Shown piece by piece: positions 20,501-29,770 of a stretch of DNA of 32,000 nucleotides. A program made the position numbers and the translations under genes. The notes below the pieces were generated by a model. That model saw nothing but the letters and a program-made list of their open reading frames with translations. It did not search any database and was not told where the DNA came from. This DNA comes from Synechocystis sp. PCC 6803 substr. PCC-P. GTDB taxonomy: Bacteria; Cyanobacteriota; Cyanobacteriia; Cyanobacteriales; Microcystaceae. How positions within the stretch are numbered: position 1 is the stretch's first letter; every line of letters begins with the position of its first letter. The stretch is taken from positions 2,550,001 through 2,582,000 of the forward strand of contig NC_017039.1 in assembly GCF_000284455.1 (NCBI RefSeq), given 5' to 3'.

Positions 20501-21318
20501 CCCCGGGGATCGTTGCGCCTGGTGTCCGGACGACAACTCAACAGCACCGGAGTGGTGGGCACTTCCGCCAAACTATCCTTGAGCCAGGTAAGGCTGCCTT
20601 GGGCCCCGGACATCTGGCTTGGGTCGGTAAAGGTGTAATCAATGCCGTCTAACACTAACCAAAACTGCCCCGTCTGGAGTCCCAGCAGTAAACTATCCCG
20701 CCAAGTTGCCGGGGGAATTTCTTCTTCGAGGGCCATGGCTTCTTGTAACCAAGGACCAAATAGATAGTCTTTGATGCTCCGGTGTTTAAAACGAGAGGGG
20801 TTAAGCCAGATGGGTAAGCAATGGGCCTGGCCTTCTTGGTGGCGTTGCCAGAGCCCCTGGGCAAAATGTTGCAAAAAAATTGTTTTCCCAGATCCCGCTT
20901 CCCCCACGATCGCCAGGTAACGGCTTTTTTCCCCTCCCTCGGCGATGGGAGTTAATAAACTGTCCAAAAATTCCAGGGGGCCATAGCTAGCCGGGGCGTT
21001 GTGGCCGCCGGTAGATCCGCTGGCAATAACCTTAAGGGAACGGGGAATGCGACCGGCTTTTTTCACAACCCATTCCGGCTGAGTTTGCACTGAGGTGCAG
21101 GGGAGAGCCCGGTAGAGCAACTGTTGACATACCGTGGCCCAGTCGGGGACATTCGGGGAACTTTCCTGGTTATTTTCTTGACCGTGGTGATTGTTCGCTG
21201 TCCCTGAAAGGCTGGAGGAGTGGACCATGGTAGTTGCCAACAAGGTGGGGAGGAAGCAGGAATTGGGGGCGATCGCCAGGAATTTTGGGTCACAGGCAGA
21301 ATAAATTCCCTCTGGCAT
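17599..21318 (-). CDS. NACHT-like STAND NTPase with HEAT-like repeats and unassigned C-terminal domain
   Basis: 1239 aa; Walker A GEAGSGKT (20882-20905), Walker B-like QFWLVLDGIDYT, sensor-like VLLSCRPDT, then tandem HEAT-like units (e.g. LGRIDPGNPIAINTLLRLLRN..., LATIDPGNLSALMALINLLQN...). A later in-frame start at M31 (~21228) is possible. Confidence 0.85.
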   Translation of the reverse strand: MPEGIYSACDPKFLAIAPNSCFLPTLLATTMVHSSSLSGTANNHHGQENNQESSPNVPDWATVCQQLLYRALPCTSVQTQPEWVVKKAGRIPRSLKVIASGSTGGHNAPASYGPLEFLDSLLTPIAEGGEKSRYLAIVGEAGSGKTIFLQHFAQGLWQRHQEGQAHCLPIWLNPSRFKHRSIKDYLFGPWLQEAMALEEEIPPATWRDSLLLGLQTGQFWLVLDGIDYTFTDPSQMSGAQGSLTWLKDSLAEVPTTPVLLSCRPDTRRNDPRGLAGFTRYQIEPLVYPDNVEIAIEDYFSADRPGQPENPGKPNALANALKEALANPSVRYLRPYLLRPRRLMLCCRFWADQPRDFPVSSGALYNKLVKAFYLWQSEWAPTKPGQQDELAQLLGQLAKQMLGENRADHRPLAPVEVEKIFGKDSPLLRSALQLGWLIPKTAVRKGVWERGYGFADDTFRDYFAALAIADWHFFLDIYRHQYRIFDPEWQRVLAFWWGREDISLVNKQAFLQAMLEFDDRCSPENFYGLRALECAALALRECPDLAQADEIVARLLAQGLPPMAGNGGQQKWVTALLTETHRAPVLQALLKILQTTEDDRIYGQCCQWLGQWGQGFPQAIEVLEQQLALHEQSSLRFAIASALILIDPNSSPGVATFLAALRPGQKDYSLALQTLAHCAVGNLPVIKALLDFLSPKLSVLHHRQVLQCLEVVGKNHSLVIAGLLQKLRLYPPGAFLCQTAESLEKIDPGNPTALVVLQRHIQADQPLPLRKQAIYSLGEVEVPSPTVVAGLADLLMAEEDVFVRWLIVSSLAKIGQGDPSAIATLTTLVEKAVAQPRTEEGDWLLNETIQALLKVDPQNVGILSSLVYLLENTETSEHLQTWAEILGRIDPGNPIAINTLLRLLRNKEDPYGQRQAAASLATIDPGNLSALMALINLLQNGDNESIRLAAAQDLALVGKNNPAVLAALIRVVGTDTEAEILRGVVKTLAQIGSNNREVTQALVGLLLENPEDRVRQDGTQALIKIVPRKLLPTVVYQLRELCARPQGENLADHWQIFWYCARQMTYADFYQAWHQTPLAVSGTSIPGKSSKQRSFFRYSLAQTLQGESDPLNGCRIIWIDTSQFLNLDNPSVDIYDQMLDQDCPEFDGAIPDNLSKLRFYWHQLQRKQGHPLLLLFEQLSPSPLDLEQLWQQLGTFHGPIAILGVTPAPKTVVLPYFQLRESQTTAADIVAWLQNCLTSP

Positions 21319-21475
21319 TCACTGTACCAAATCTACCTACCCTAGAACCGTTGGCCGGGGCAAATAATTACCGACAAATTCGCACTTCCACCAATCATGT
21401 AGTTTATTTTGACTATAAAAATAAACTATGATGGGGCCATGGGGTTAGGGTTTCCCAGGTTGATCTGGTCACTGG

Positions 21476-22030
21476 TCAGCGGGCACCGATGGAAGCTTGG
21501 AAAGCCGGTCGTTGCACTAGGCCCTGGACGTAGGCCGCCACCGCAGGATAGTCGTCAAAATTAAGTTTGAGCATGATGGGGACATAGGCCAAAATTGAAC
21601 CGACGGCCACATCCACCACCGAAAATTTTTCTCCGAGGATAAATGGCGATCGCCCTAAAATTTTCTCCAAAGATTGCAACAGTCGGGGCATTTCCTTTTC
21701 CCGCACTGCTTCAATAAATAAACCATTGGCCAGGGTGGAATTGGCAAATAAAATCCACTGGTTAACTAGAGCTCTGGCCTGGGCATCGGCGGGAATGGTG
21801 CTAGCTTTTTCCGCTAAGTAAAGCAAAATTGCACCGGATTCCCAGAGATGAAAGTTCCCATCGGCGATCGCCGGCACCTTACCAAAGGGATTAATGGCTA
21901 AATAGGGAGCTTGGCGATGTTCCCCTTCCTTGAGGTTAACGTTGACGAATTCGTAGGGCAGGGATAATTCTTCTAAGTACCACTGAATGATGGAGGCTCG
22001 ACTTTGGGGGGCACCGTATAGTTTGATCAT
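21476..22030 (-). CDS. gst: glutathione S-transferase
   Basis: 184 aa; thioredoxin-like N-terminus MIKLYGAPQSRASIIQWYLEELSLPYEF, NPFGKVPAIADG, LWESGAILLYLAEK. Confidence 0.9.
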   Translation of the reverse strand: MIKLYGAPQSRASIIQWYLEELSLPYEFVNVNLKEGEHRQAPYLAINPFGKVPAIADGNFHLWESGAILLYLAEKASTIPADAQARALVNQWILFANSTLANGLFIEAVREKEMPRLLQSLEKILGRSPFILGEKFSVVDVAVGSILAYVPIMLKLNFDDYPAVAAYVQGLVQRPAFQASIGAR

Positions 22031-22123
22031 GATTTTTTCTCCGATTTGATGCTGTTTAATCCTAGATGTTGTCCTGGCTTGGGAAACCGATCCCCAGCAG
22101 AGTTTTGCAAAAAAGTTATCGCC

Positions 22124-23071
22124 CTACGGAAGATTAAAAACCACCATATCCTGGCCCACCACCGGCGATCGGGCAATGAGATCCCCTTTTAGATCGTAAA
22201 TCCACAGTCGTCGGAAGGAAAGTTTTTGGGCCCTCTGCCATAGGGCATCTAGGAGGGTTTGTTGCTGTTTGGGGGACAATTCCTGCCAGGAATCGCCTAC
22301 CGTCAAGGTCAAGCGACTGGCTAAAAAGTTTGGTTCGATGCGCTCCATCAACTGGGGAGGATAAAGTCCTTCTAAATCTACTAATTCCCGCTGAATCACC
22401 GCCAATAAACTCTGTTCCGGAGTTAAGGGGGCCAGGGGCAGGGGGGAAACGGCCACGGGTGCGGGGGGAGAGGGGGCTTCCAGGACTGTGGGTAATCCGG
22501 TCTCTTCAACTAAATTGGTTGTCTTTTCGGGAGATGTATTGACGGTATTGGGCGTGGAATCGGCCAGGGGCACCGGGGGCTGCTCTTTAGTCGGCAAAAG
22601 CGTTGCTACATTAGCCCATTGGGTCGCTAATTGATCCCAAAGTGGCGGCAGATTAAGGGGGGGAATACCAATCCAAAGGACAATCCCCACCAAAATTCCC
22701 AACAGGGCAGTGGCAATGGTGGCCAAAATACCGAATTTCCCTTTTTTACGGGGTTTGACTTTATTAACTTGGGGGGAAGCGCTAACATCTGTTTCTACAG
22801 ATTCAGCAAAAAAATCGTCCCATTGTTCCGTTTGCAGATCACCAGGTAGGGGGCCTGGTTGCAGAGGGGCGGGGGCAGAAGTTGCAGAACTATTGACCAA
22901 CACCGCTAAGCGGCTAGCCGTGGCCTGGAGGCGGTCAACGGCTGCTCGGGGAAGTTGGATGCCTTGTTGGGGATTGGCCTGTAACTTTTGAATTACCTGT
23001 TCAAGTTGCCCCAGGGTAGCTTCCAGTTGGGATGCGAGGGAGGGGTCTGATGGAGAAAATCGATCAGCCAT
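22124..23071 (-). CDS. hypothetical membrane protein
   Basis: 315 aa; helical N-terminus, single TM segment (FGILATIATALLGILVGIVLWIGI), proline-rich linker, conserved-looking C-terminal domain. Confidence 0.75.
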   Translation of the reverse strand: MADRFSPSDPSLASQLEATLGQLEQVIQKLQANPQQGIQLPRAAVDRLQATASRLAVLVNSSATSAPAPLQPGPLPGDLQTEQWDDFFAESVETDVSASPQVNKVKPRKKGKFGILATIATALLGILVGIVLWIGIPPLNLPPLWDQLATQWANVATLLPTKEQPPVPLADSTPNTVNTSPEKTTNLVEETGLPTVLEAPSPPAPVAVSPLPLAPLTPEQSLLAVIQRELVDLEGLYPPQLMERIEPNFLASRLTLTVGDSWQELSPKQQQTLLDALWQRAQKLSFRRLWIYDLKGDLIARSPVVGQDMVVFNLP

Positions 23072-23170
23072 GGAGATGTTTGCAAATACTGGGCAAAGAG
23101 CTCAGGACAACCCTGGGGAGACGTGCTTGAGGCCAATGGATATCAATGGTTAAAGAAGGAAGGATAGGCC

Positions 23171-23689
23171 CTAAAACTTGGATTCCAGGGATTTCAGATA
23201 TTCCGTATTGACGCCGGATTCCCGCACCAAAGCAATTTTGCCCGTTCGAGCCACCTCTTTAATGCCGAACTTGGCCAACATCTGGAGGATTGCTACCATT
23301 TTACCCGGGTCCCCCACCACTTCGATGGTGACGGTGTCTTCGGAGATATCCACAATGCGGGCCCGGAATACCTGGGCTAGCTCAATCACTTCCGCTCGGT
23401 TAGGGGCATTGGCGCTCACCTTCACCAGCATCAATTCCCTTTCCACACAGGGAGTTTCGGTGATGTCCTGTACTTTAATTACGTTAACCAACTTGTAGAG
23501 TTGCTTGGTCAGTTGTTCGATGGTGTTCTCATCCCCCGGCACCACCATGGTGATGCGGGAAACGTCCCCCTGTTCCGCCGACCCCACCGCCAAGCTCTCA
23601 ATGTTAAAACCACGGCGGGCAAATAGTCCGGCAATGCGGGTTAGCACTCCGGCTTCATCTTCAACTAAAACAGAGAGGGTGTGTTTCAT
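23171..23689 (-). CDS. ilvN: acetolactate synthase small (regulatory) subunit
   Basis: [36 protein letters not shown] ... [17 protein letters not shown]. The internal ATG at 23687-23689 matches the family start better than the track start at 23737. Confidence 0.95.
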   Translation of the reverse strand: MKHTLSVLVEDEAGVLTRIAGLFARRGFNIESLAVGSAEQGDVSRITMVVPGDENTIEQLTKQLYKLVNVIKVQDITETPCVERELMLVKVSANAPNRAEVIELAQVFRARIVDISEDTVTIEVVGDPGKMVAILQMLAKFGIKEVARTGKIALVRESGVNTEYLKSLESKF

Positions 23690-23918
23690 GGGGGGCAAAG
23701 AAGGCGATCGCCGGTGGCCATTGGGGTAAAATTCCACCGGTCTGGGTTAGGGCCCAGTCGTGCAAAGTTAGTGAAATTCGTTGATAAATCCAGCCTTATA
23801 TCCTACCATGCCCGCCGGGCAAGCTTGCATTTTGCAAAATTCCTCACTAGAGTTAGGGAAGCTGAAGAGTAGTCCGTCGGATCTTAAACGATTGTTTTTG
23901 CCCTTGCCATAGATTTTT

Positions 23919-24107
23919 ATGAGTGATTTACCCACCCCGGAAGCGCCGGAAATGACCAATCCTGCCCCAGCGGAACCCCCACCGACCTACGTTAAGTTGG
24001 CTATGCGTAATATGGTGCGCAAAAAGGGCAAATCCCTAACCCATTTTTTTCTGTCCGCCAGTGCCCTCCTCGGAGTGCTGGTGGGGATTTCCTACCTAAC
24101 CCGCTAA
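23919..24107 (+). CDS. small membrane protein, DUF3285-like
   Basis: 62 aa; TYVKLAMRNMVRKKGKSLTHFFLSASALLGVLVGISYLTR, four bases upstream of ybeY. Confidence 0.75.
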   Translation: MSDLPTPEAPEMTNPAPAEPPPTYVKLAMRNMVRKKGKSLTHFFLSASALLGVLVGISYLTR

Positions 24108-24111
24108 GGCC

Positions 24112-24651
24112 ATGGCCCCTACCTCTGTTAACAAGATTGCGGTGGAATTAAGCTTACAAACTGATTTGACTGGTTCCGCCATGGCGAGTTCAGGGGTGGA
24201 AGAGTTACTAACCAATCCCTGGCAAGGGTGGTGTCAACGCTGGCTGGAATACCTGGCAGATTGTCTTCCCCCCGCCTCCAGCTACGAACTCACCTTACTA
24301 TTCACCGGCGATCGCCGTATCCAAGAGTTAAATCGTAAATTTCGCCACCAGGATAAGCCCACCGACGTGTTGGCTTTTGCGGCCTTAGAAGGAGATTTTC
24401 CCTTAATAGAATCTGAAGAAACGGAGGAACCCCTTTATTTGGGTGATATAGTGATCTCCCTAGAACGGGCTGACCATCAGGCTAGGGAACGGGGCCATAG
24501 TGCAAAATTAGAAGTCGTGTGGTTAACGGCCCACGGCCTACTCCATCTCCTCGGTTGGGATCACCCCGACGAAGCCTCCCTCACCACCATGTTGTCCGAA
24601 CAATCCCATCTATTAACTTTAATCGGCCAAAATCCTCCCCTATTCACCTAA
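24112..24651 (+). CDS. ybeY: endoribonuclease YbeY, rRNA maturation factor
   Basis: 179 aa; LNRKFRHQDKPTDVLAFA and metal-binding HGLLHLLGWDH. Confidence 0.93.
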   Translation: MAPTSVNKIAVELSLQTDLTGSAMASSGVEELLTNPWQGWCQRWLEYLADCLPPASSYELTLLFTGDRRIQELNRKFRHQDKPTDVLAFAALEGDFPLIESEETEEPLYLGDIVISLERADHQARERGHSAKLEVVWLTAHGLLHLLGWDHPDEASLTTMLSEQSHLLTLIGQNPPLFT

Positions 24652-24715
24652 AACTTGTAATCCAGGTTACATAGGAGAATTGTTCTGTCGACTACACTGC
24701 TCGGAGTCGTAGCTC

Positions 24716-25243
24716 ATGAAATCGGTATATCCCATGTCTTCCCCATCCTCGGCGGTTTTTGCTGATCAGGGTTTATCCGGCAAGGCTAATCAGACCCAGC
24801 CCCCTCCTCCCCTGGGTCTGGTGGTACCTGCCTCCAAGCCCGGTGCTAAAAAGCCGTTGAGAAAAAATGCCTGGCAGGTGGCCCCCAATCTCTTGGTAAG
24901 TTTTCGTTACGCCTGGGCCGGAGTTAGTTATGCCTTTGCCACCCAGCGGAATTTTCGTATCCATACCTTCACAGGGGTAGCGGTCATCACAGCGGCCTCT
25001 CTGTTGCATTTAGAGGCGATCGCCGTGGCGGTGCTGGCCCTGACTTCCTGCCTAGTAATGATTTTGGAGTTGTTAAATACAGCCCTGGAATCGGTGGTGG
25101 ATTTAACGGTGGGGCAGTCCTACCATGAGCTAGCTAAAATTGCCAAAGACTGTGCGGCCGGAGCAGTATTATTAGCGGCGATCGCCGCAGTGATAGTGGG
25201 GGGCTGTTTATTATTACCACCACTGCTATCCTTGATGGTCTAA
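24716..25243 (+). CDS. dgkA: diacylglycerol/undecaprenol kinase
   Basis: 175 aa; SFRYAWAGVSYAFATQRNFRIH, ELLNTALESVVDLTVGQSYHELAKIAKDCAAGAVLL. Confidence 0.9.
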   Translation: MKSVYPMSSPSSAVFADQGLSGKANQTQPPPPLGLVVPASKPGAKKPLRKNAWQVAPNLLVSFRYAWAGVSYAFATQRNFRIHTFTGVAVITAASLLHLEAIAVAVLALTSCLVMILELLNTALESVVDLTVGQSYHELAKIAKDCAAGAVLLAAIAAVIVGGCLLLPPLLSLMV

Positions 25244-25279
25244 TCCCCGTCCACATTTGACCGTAAAGGAGCATTCCAG

Positions 25280-25870
25280 TTGATTCTGGTCATAGATAAC
25301 TACGACAGTTTTACCTACAACCTCGTTCAGTATTTAGGCGAATTGGGGCAGAAATACGCCGTAGCCGAAGATCTGAAGGTGTATCGCAACGATCAAATTA
25401 GCCTCGAAGAAGTTAAATCCCTCCAGCCCGATGCCATTGTTATTTCCCCCGGCCCTGGCCGTCCCGATGACGCGGGCATTTCCCTCCAGTTAATTGAAAA
25501 GCTCAGCGCCTCCACGCCGATTTTAGGCGTTTGCCTGGGGCACCAGAGTATTGGCCAAGTATTTGGGGGCAAGGTGGTGGCCGCCCCGGAATTGATGCAC
25601 GGCAAAACTTCCCAGATCTACCATCAACAACAGGGCATTTTTGCTGGTCTAGCCAGTCCCGTGCAAGCAACCCGTTACCACAGTCTGATCGTTGAGCGGG
25701 AGAGTTTGCCGGAGTGCCTGGAGGTGACGGCCTGGTTGGCCGACGGCATGGTAATGGCTTTTCAGCACCGGGACTATCCCCATGTGCAGAGTGTGCAATT
25801 CCATCCGGAAAGTATTCTCACGAAGGAAGGGAAGCAAATGCTGGAAAACTTTCTGCAGAGTCTCGGTTAG
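25280..25870 (+). CDS. trpG: anthranilate/aminodeoxychorismate synthase glutamine amidotransferase subunit
   Basis: 196 aa; [59 protein letters not shown]. Confidence 0.93.
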   Translation: MILVIDNYDSFTYNLVQYLGELGQKYAVAEDLKVYRNDQISLEEVKSLQPDAIVISPGPGRPDDAGISLQLIEKLSASTPILGVCLGHQSIGQVFGGKVVAAPELMHGKTSQIYHQQQGIFAGLASPVQATRYHSLIVERESLPECLEVTAWLADGMVMAFQHRDYPHVQSVQFHPESILTKEGKQMLENFLQSLG

Positions 25871-26013
25871 GAACTTTCCTCTCAATTCGGCCTAAGTCGG
25901 TCAAGGTTTAACCCCCAACCAAGTTACCCCCATTGTTCCATGGCATTCCTAGCCCCAAGGGTGATAGGCTGGGTCAGTGTTTTTGGGTACGCTAGTCAAC
26001 CTTTGAATCATCT

Positions 26014-26988
26014 ATGTCTGACACACAAAATACCGGCCAAAACCAAGCCAAGGCTCGGCAGTTACTGGGCATGAAGGGGGCCGCCCCGGGGGAAAGTTCC
26101 ATTTGGAAAATTCGTCTTCAGTTGATGAAGCCCATCACTTGGATTCCCCTGATCTGGGGGGTGGTCTGTGGGGCCGCTTCTTCCGGGGGCTACATCTGGT
26201 CAGTGGAGGATTTCCTTAAAGCCCTCACCTGTATGTTGTTGTCCGGCCCGTTAATGACCGGTTATACCCAAACCCTCAATGATTTTTACGACCGGGACAT
26301 CGACGCCATCAATGAACCCTACCGACCTATTCCTTCCGGGGCCATTTCCGTGCCCCAGGTGGTGACCCAAATTTTAATTCTGTTGGTGGCTGGTATTGGC
26401 GTTGCCTACGGCTTGGACGTGTGGGCCCAGCACGATTTTCCCATTATGATGGTGCTCACCTTGGGGGGAGCCTTTGTTGCTTATATTTACTCTGCACCAC
26501 CGTTGAAGCTAAAACAAAATGGCTGGTTGGGTAACTATGCTCTGGGGGCTAGCTACATTGCCCTACCGTGGTGGGCGGGCCATGCTCTGTTTGGCACCCT
26601 CAATCCCACCATTATGGTCTTGACCCTAATTTATAGCTTGGCTGGTTTGGGCATTGCGGTGGTTAACGATTTCAAAAGTGTGGAAGGCGATCGCCAATTG
26701 GGGCTCAAGTCCTTGCCGGTGATGTTTGGTATCGGGACAGCAGCTTGGATCTGCGTGATCATGATCGACGTTTTCCAAGCGGGTATTGCGGGATACCTGA
26801 TTTATGTTCACCAACAGCTTTATGCCACCATTGTGTTGCTATTGCTCATTCCCCAGATAACTTTTCAGGATATGTATTTTCTCCGTAATCCCCTGGAAAA
26901 TGATGTCAAATACCAAGCCAGTGCCCAGCCATTTCTAGTTTTTGGTATGTTAGCCACCGGTCTGGCCCTAGGCCATGCGGGGATTTGA
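26014..26988 (+). CDS. chlG: chlorophyll synthase
   Basis: 324 aa; UbiA prenyltransferase motifs NDFYDRDIDAINEPYRPIPSGAIS and NDFKSVEGDRQLGLKSLPVMFG. Confidence 0.95.
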   Translation: MSDTQNTGQNQAKARQLLGMKGAAPGESSIWKIRLQLMKPITWIPLIWGVVCGAASSGGYIWSVEDFLKALTCMLLSGPLMTGYTQTLNDFYDRDIDAINEPYRPIPSGAISVPQVVTQILILLVAGIGVAYGLDVWAQHDFPIMMVLTLGGAFVAYIYSAPPLKLKQNGWLGNYALGASYIALPWWAGHALFGTLNPTIMVLTLIYSLAGLGIAVVNDFKSVEGDRQLGLKSLPVMFGIGTAAWICVIMIDVFQAGIAGYLIYVHQQLYATIVLLLLIPQITFQDMYFLRNPLENDVKYQASAQPFLVFGMLATGLALGHAGI

Positions 26989-27134
26989 ACTCTCTAACTG
27001 AAAGATTAAATCACGCTCAAAAAGCGTGCAATTCCAAGCCCAGGAAGCTAGCAAAAGAGTAGACCGGGCTTGGTTTTACTATTCAATGGGAGAAATGGTT
27101 GGTCAATTATCCCCGGCGATCGCCGTCCTAAAAT

Positions 27135-27971
27135 CTAAAGGGGATCAACCCGCACCACATTGGTTTGGTCAATGTTGAACCATTCCTGGAGCAAATCATG
27201 GTTTTCCGTGCTAGAAATTACTTCATCCACAAAGCGTTTCCAGTCTCCGTCCCCCTGGGGCAGAATGCAAGCGTAAAGTTCCGTGGTAATGGGTTGATAA
27301 GGTCCTAGAGCGTATTCAGCTGGGTTTTTGCCCTGTTTAAGCAGTTCCCCCACTAGCAAAATGCCATCGCTGACAACGGCCTTCACCTGGCCCCCATCCA
27401 ATTTAGCAATGCCTTCCTCCCGGTCTTGCACTGGCACCCACTGGGCTAGGGGATAAATTTTGGGGATGATATCAAAGGTGGTGGTGTTTTGAATGTAGGC
27501 AATGGGAATGCCCTCCAGGGTGCCATTAATGTTAAAGCCCTCCACACTGCCTTGTTTCATCAAAAACTTGGCCCCGGAAATAAAGAATGGAGCTGAAAAA
27601 TCCACTAATTCCAACCGATCTTGGGTAATGGTGGTGGCTTCACAAACTATATCCAATTCCCCACTGGCGATCGCCTCAAAACGACTCTGGAGGTCAACCC
27701 TATCTAAATCAACCGTAATGGTCTTACCCATCTCTTCTGCCAACTTCAAGGCAATTAAGGCCATTAAATCAACCCCATAACCCTCCATTTCCCCATTGGC
27801 CATCTCAAAACCAAACGGGACAGCATCGGTGCGGGTTCCAGCCCGTAATTCCCCCGTGCGGGCCACCCTCTCCAACACAGTTTCCGCCTGGACCGGGGCG
27901 ATCGCCACCAGGCCAGTGGTAAAGGTCAAAGCCAACCAAGTAAAAGCACTTTTGAGCAACATAAATTTCAA
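27135..27971 (-). CDS. amino-acid-type ABC transporter substrate-binding protein (SBP family 3)
   Basis: 278 aa; signal peptide ending ...APVQAE, GELRAGTRTDAVPFGFEMANGEMEGYGVDLMALIA, FSAPFFISGAKFLMK. Confidence 0.88.
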   Translation of the reverse strand: MKFMLLKSAFTWLALTFTTGLVAIAPVQAETVLERVARTGELRAGTRTDAVPFGFEMANGEMEGYGVDLMALIALKLAEEMGKTITVDLDRVDLQSRFEAIASGELDIVCEATTITQDRLELVDFSAPFFISGAKFLMKQGSVEGFNINGTLEGIPIAYIQNTTTFDIIPKIYPLAQWVPVQDREEGIAKLDGGQVKAVVSDGILLVGELLKQGKNPAEYALGPYQPITTELYACILPQGDGDWKRFVDEVISSTENHDLLQEWFNIDQTNVVRVDPL

Positions 27972-28117
27972 TCCTTAAATTCGCTTGAATTTACTAAGGG
28001 TTTATCCAGGCTCAGGGTAGCGCAATTAGTTCGCTTGGGCCCAGATAAAATCCCATAGGAGACTGAAAATGTTCTAAAACGGCATAATCCCCGGGAACAT
28101 TTACCAAGAAATCAATC

Positions 28118-28384
28118 TCAAAAAGTGTTTTTATGTAACTTTGCCAACACGTCATAGGCCTTAAAATCCCCGGCCCGGCGTAGAAACCTCAGGCGATTTT
28201 CAATTAATAGTTTGGCATCCGCCCTGGTAATGGGTTCAAATTGGGTATTGTTCGGCGTCGTTTTTACCAAAAAAAATAACCTTTGGGCATAAAGGGTAGT
28301 AAAAATCTCCTGATTATCATCCAAGAAACAAATCTGATACAAAAGCCCGAAGGTCGGATGGTTAAGGTAAATTTCGTTACTCAT
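28118..28384 (-). CDS. pipX: PII-interacting protein PipX
   Basis: MSNEIYLNHPTFGLLYQICFLDDNQEIFTTLYAQRLFFLV...FEPITRADAKLLIENRLRFLRR is the PipX pattern. ATG at 28382-28384 is preferred over the track start at 28420. Confidence 0.88.
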   Translation of the reverse strand: MSNEIYLNHPTFGLLYQICFLDDNQEIFTTLYAQRLFFLVKTTPNNTQFEPITRADAKLLIENRLRFLRRAGDFKAYDVLAKLHKNTF

Positions 28385-28536
28385 TGAGATCGGGGAGTTA
28401 GGGCAAGGACAAATTGCCAACCGAGATGGCTGTCACTGGCTAGAGAAATCTTACCCCTTCCTGTCCCTCCTTAAGCCGTTGGCACGAATTAACCTCAAAT
28501 TTGCTGTAGTTTTTGATACGGACCGATCCATAGGCA

Positions 28537-29724
28537 CTAAGGCCGGGGGGGCAGTGGTTGCACTTCTTCCTGGTTTTTAAAGTACAAAGGGTCTTGATTA
28601 TGGTCTGGGGCTGGCACCAAGGGCTTCATGCTGCGGATTGCTCCCAGGGCCTCCTTAATCATCACAGCCGAAGGCACAGCCACTATTACCCCCAGTAGTC
28701 CGCCGATTCTGGCCCCGGTTAACAGGGAAATCAAGACCCAAAAGGGATTTAATCCTGTCACACTGCCCAGTACCCTGGGGGCAATGCCATTTTCAACAAT
28801 TTGCTGGATCACTAGAGCCACCGCCAGCAGTTGCAACGCCATGCCAATGTCCCGCAGAGCTACCAAAAAAGTAACCAGCACAATGCCCACCGACCCACCA
28901 AAAGGAATTAGGGCCATTACTCCCACCGTGAGGCCAAAAAGTAAGCCAAAGGGAACTTTGAGCAGTAAAAAGCCAGAAATCAGCCCCAGGGCCATGCAGG
29001 TGGCGGACACCAATTGGCCGAGGAAATAGTTTTGGAAACTGCGGCGTAGAGTATCAGAAAAAGGTTTTTGGAAACGCTCTGGCAACCAACCTATGATGCT
29101 TTGCCAAACATCGTCGGTGTGGAGGAGGAGATAAAAGGTCAAAATTATCGTCAACAGTACGTCCAGCAAACGCACTACGGTGAAGACGGTCAAGCTTAGG
29201 GCGAGGTTGAGGGTGCTGCCAGCCAAGTTTTGTAATTCGGCCGCTAGGCGGCTGTTAATTTGGGGAATAAGACCATCAAAATTGACCGGCCAACCAAGAA
29301 TCTCTGCCTTTTGATCCAACAATACCAATTGTTTCTGCCCCGAATCGAGCCAATCCGGTAGGCGGGCCACCAGTTGTTGGGCTTGGGATAGGGCGAGGGG
29401 AATGAGGGTTACCCCCAGGGCGGTGAAAATAATCAGGGCGGTGAGGAAAACAAAACTAGCCGCCACAAAACGTTTAGCCCCTTGTTTTTCTAGCCAGGCC
29501 ACCGGGTAGTTGAGTAAAAAGGCGATGACGGAGGCAATGAGGCTAATAACAAAAAGGGATTCAAAATAACCAAAAATCGAGGACAGGGCCCTGGCATTGA
29601 GCACCATTAACGGGGCCCCCAGTACTAACACTAATAGGCGGGTGATGGCATTGAGGGAATTCCACCATTTGAACAACCAATTTTGCGGCGGGGGACTGGG
29701 ATGATTGTTGGCTGGTTCTGTCAT
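28537..29724 (-). CDS. AI-2E family transporter / UPF0118-type permease
   Basis: 395 aa, about 8 TM segments; family-like features PFGLLFGLTVGVMALIPFGGSVG and VLGSVTGLNPFWVLISLLTGARIGGLLGVIVAVP. Confidence 0.88.
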   Translation of the reverse strand: MTEPANNHPSPPPQNWLFKWWNSLNAITRLLVLVLGAPLMVLNARALSSIFGYFESLFVISLIASVIAFLLNYPVAWLEKQGAKRFVAASFVFLTALIIFTALGVTLIPLALSQAQQLVARLPDWLDSGQKQLVLLDQKAEILGWPVNFDGLIPQINSRLAAELQNLAGSTLNLALSLTVFTVVRLLDVLLTIILTFYLLLHTDDVWQSIIGWLPERFQKPFSDTLRRSFQNYFLGQLVSATCMALGLISGFLLLKVPFGLLFGLTVGVMALIPFGGSVGIVLVTFLVALRDIGMALQLLAVALVIQQIVENGIAPRVLGSVTGLNPFWVLISLLTGARIGGLLGVIVAVPSAVMIKEALGAIRSMKPLVPAPDHNQDPLYFKNQEEVQPLPPRP

Positions 29725-29770
29725 AGTTGGCGGTCTCGCAGAGAGCCTCGATCCAGGGGTCGTGGGAGTG

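Noticed and set aside
18016-20864. Several plus- and minus-strand ORFs nested in the NACHT-HEAT gene (e.g. 18602-19000, 18338-18592, 20401-20652)
   Set aside because: Shadow ORFs in alternative frames of a long coding gene, low-complexity Arg/Ser-rich translations with no family features.
23178-23498. 106-aa plus-strand ORF opposite ilvN
   Set aside because: Ser/Thr-rich shadow ORF; ilvN is unambiguous.
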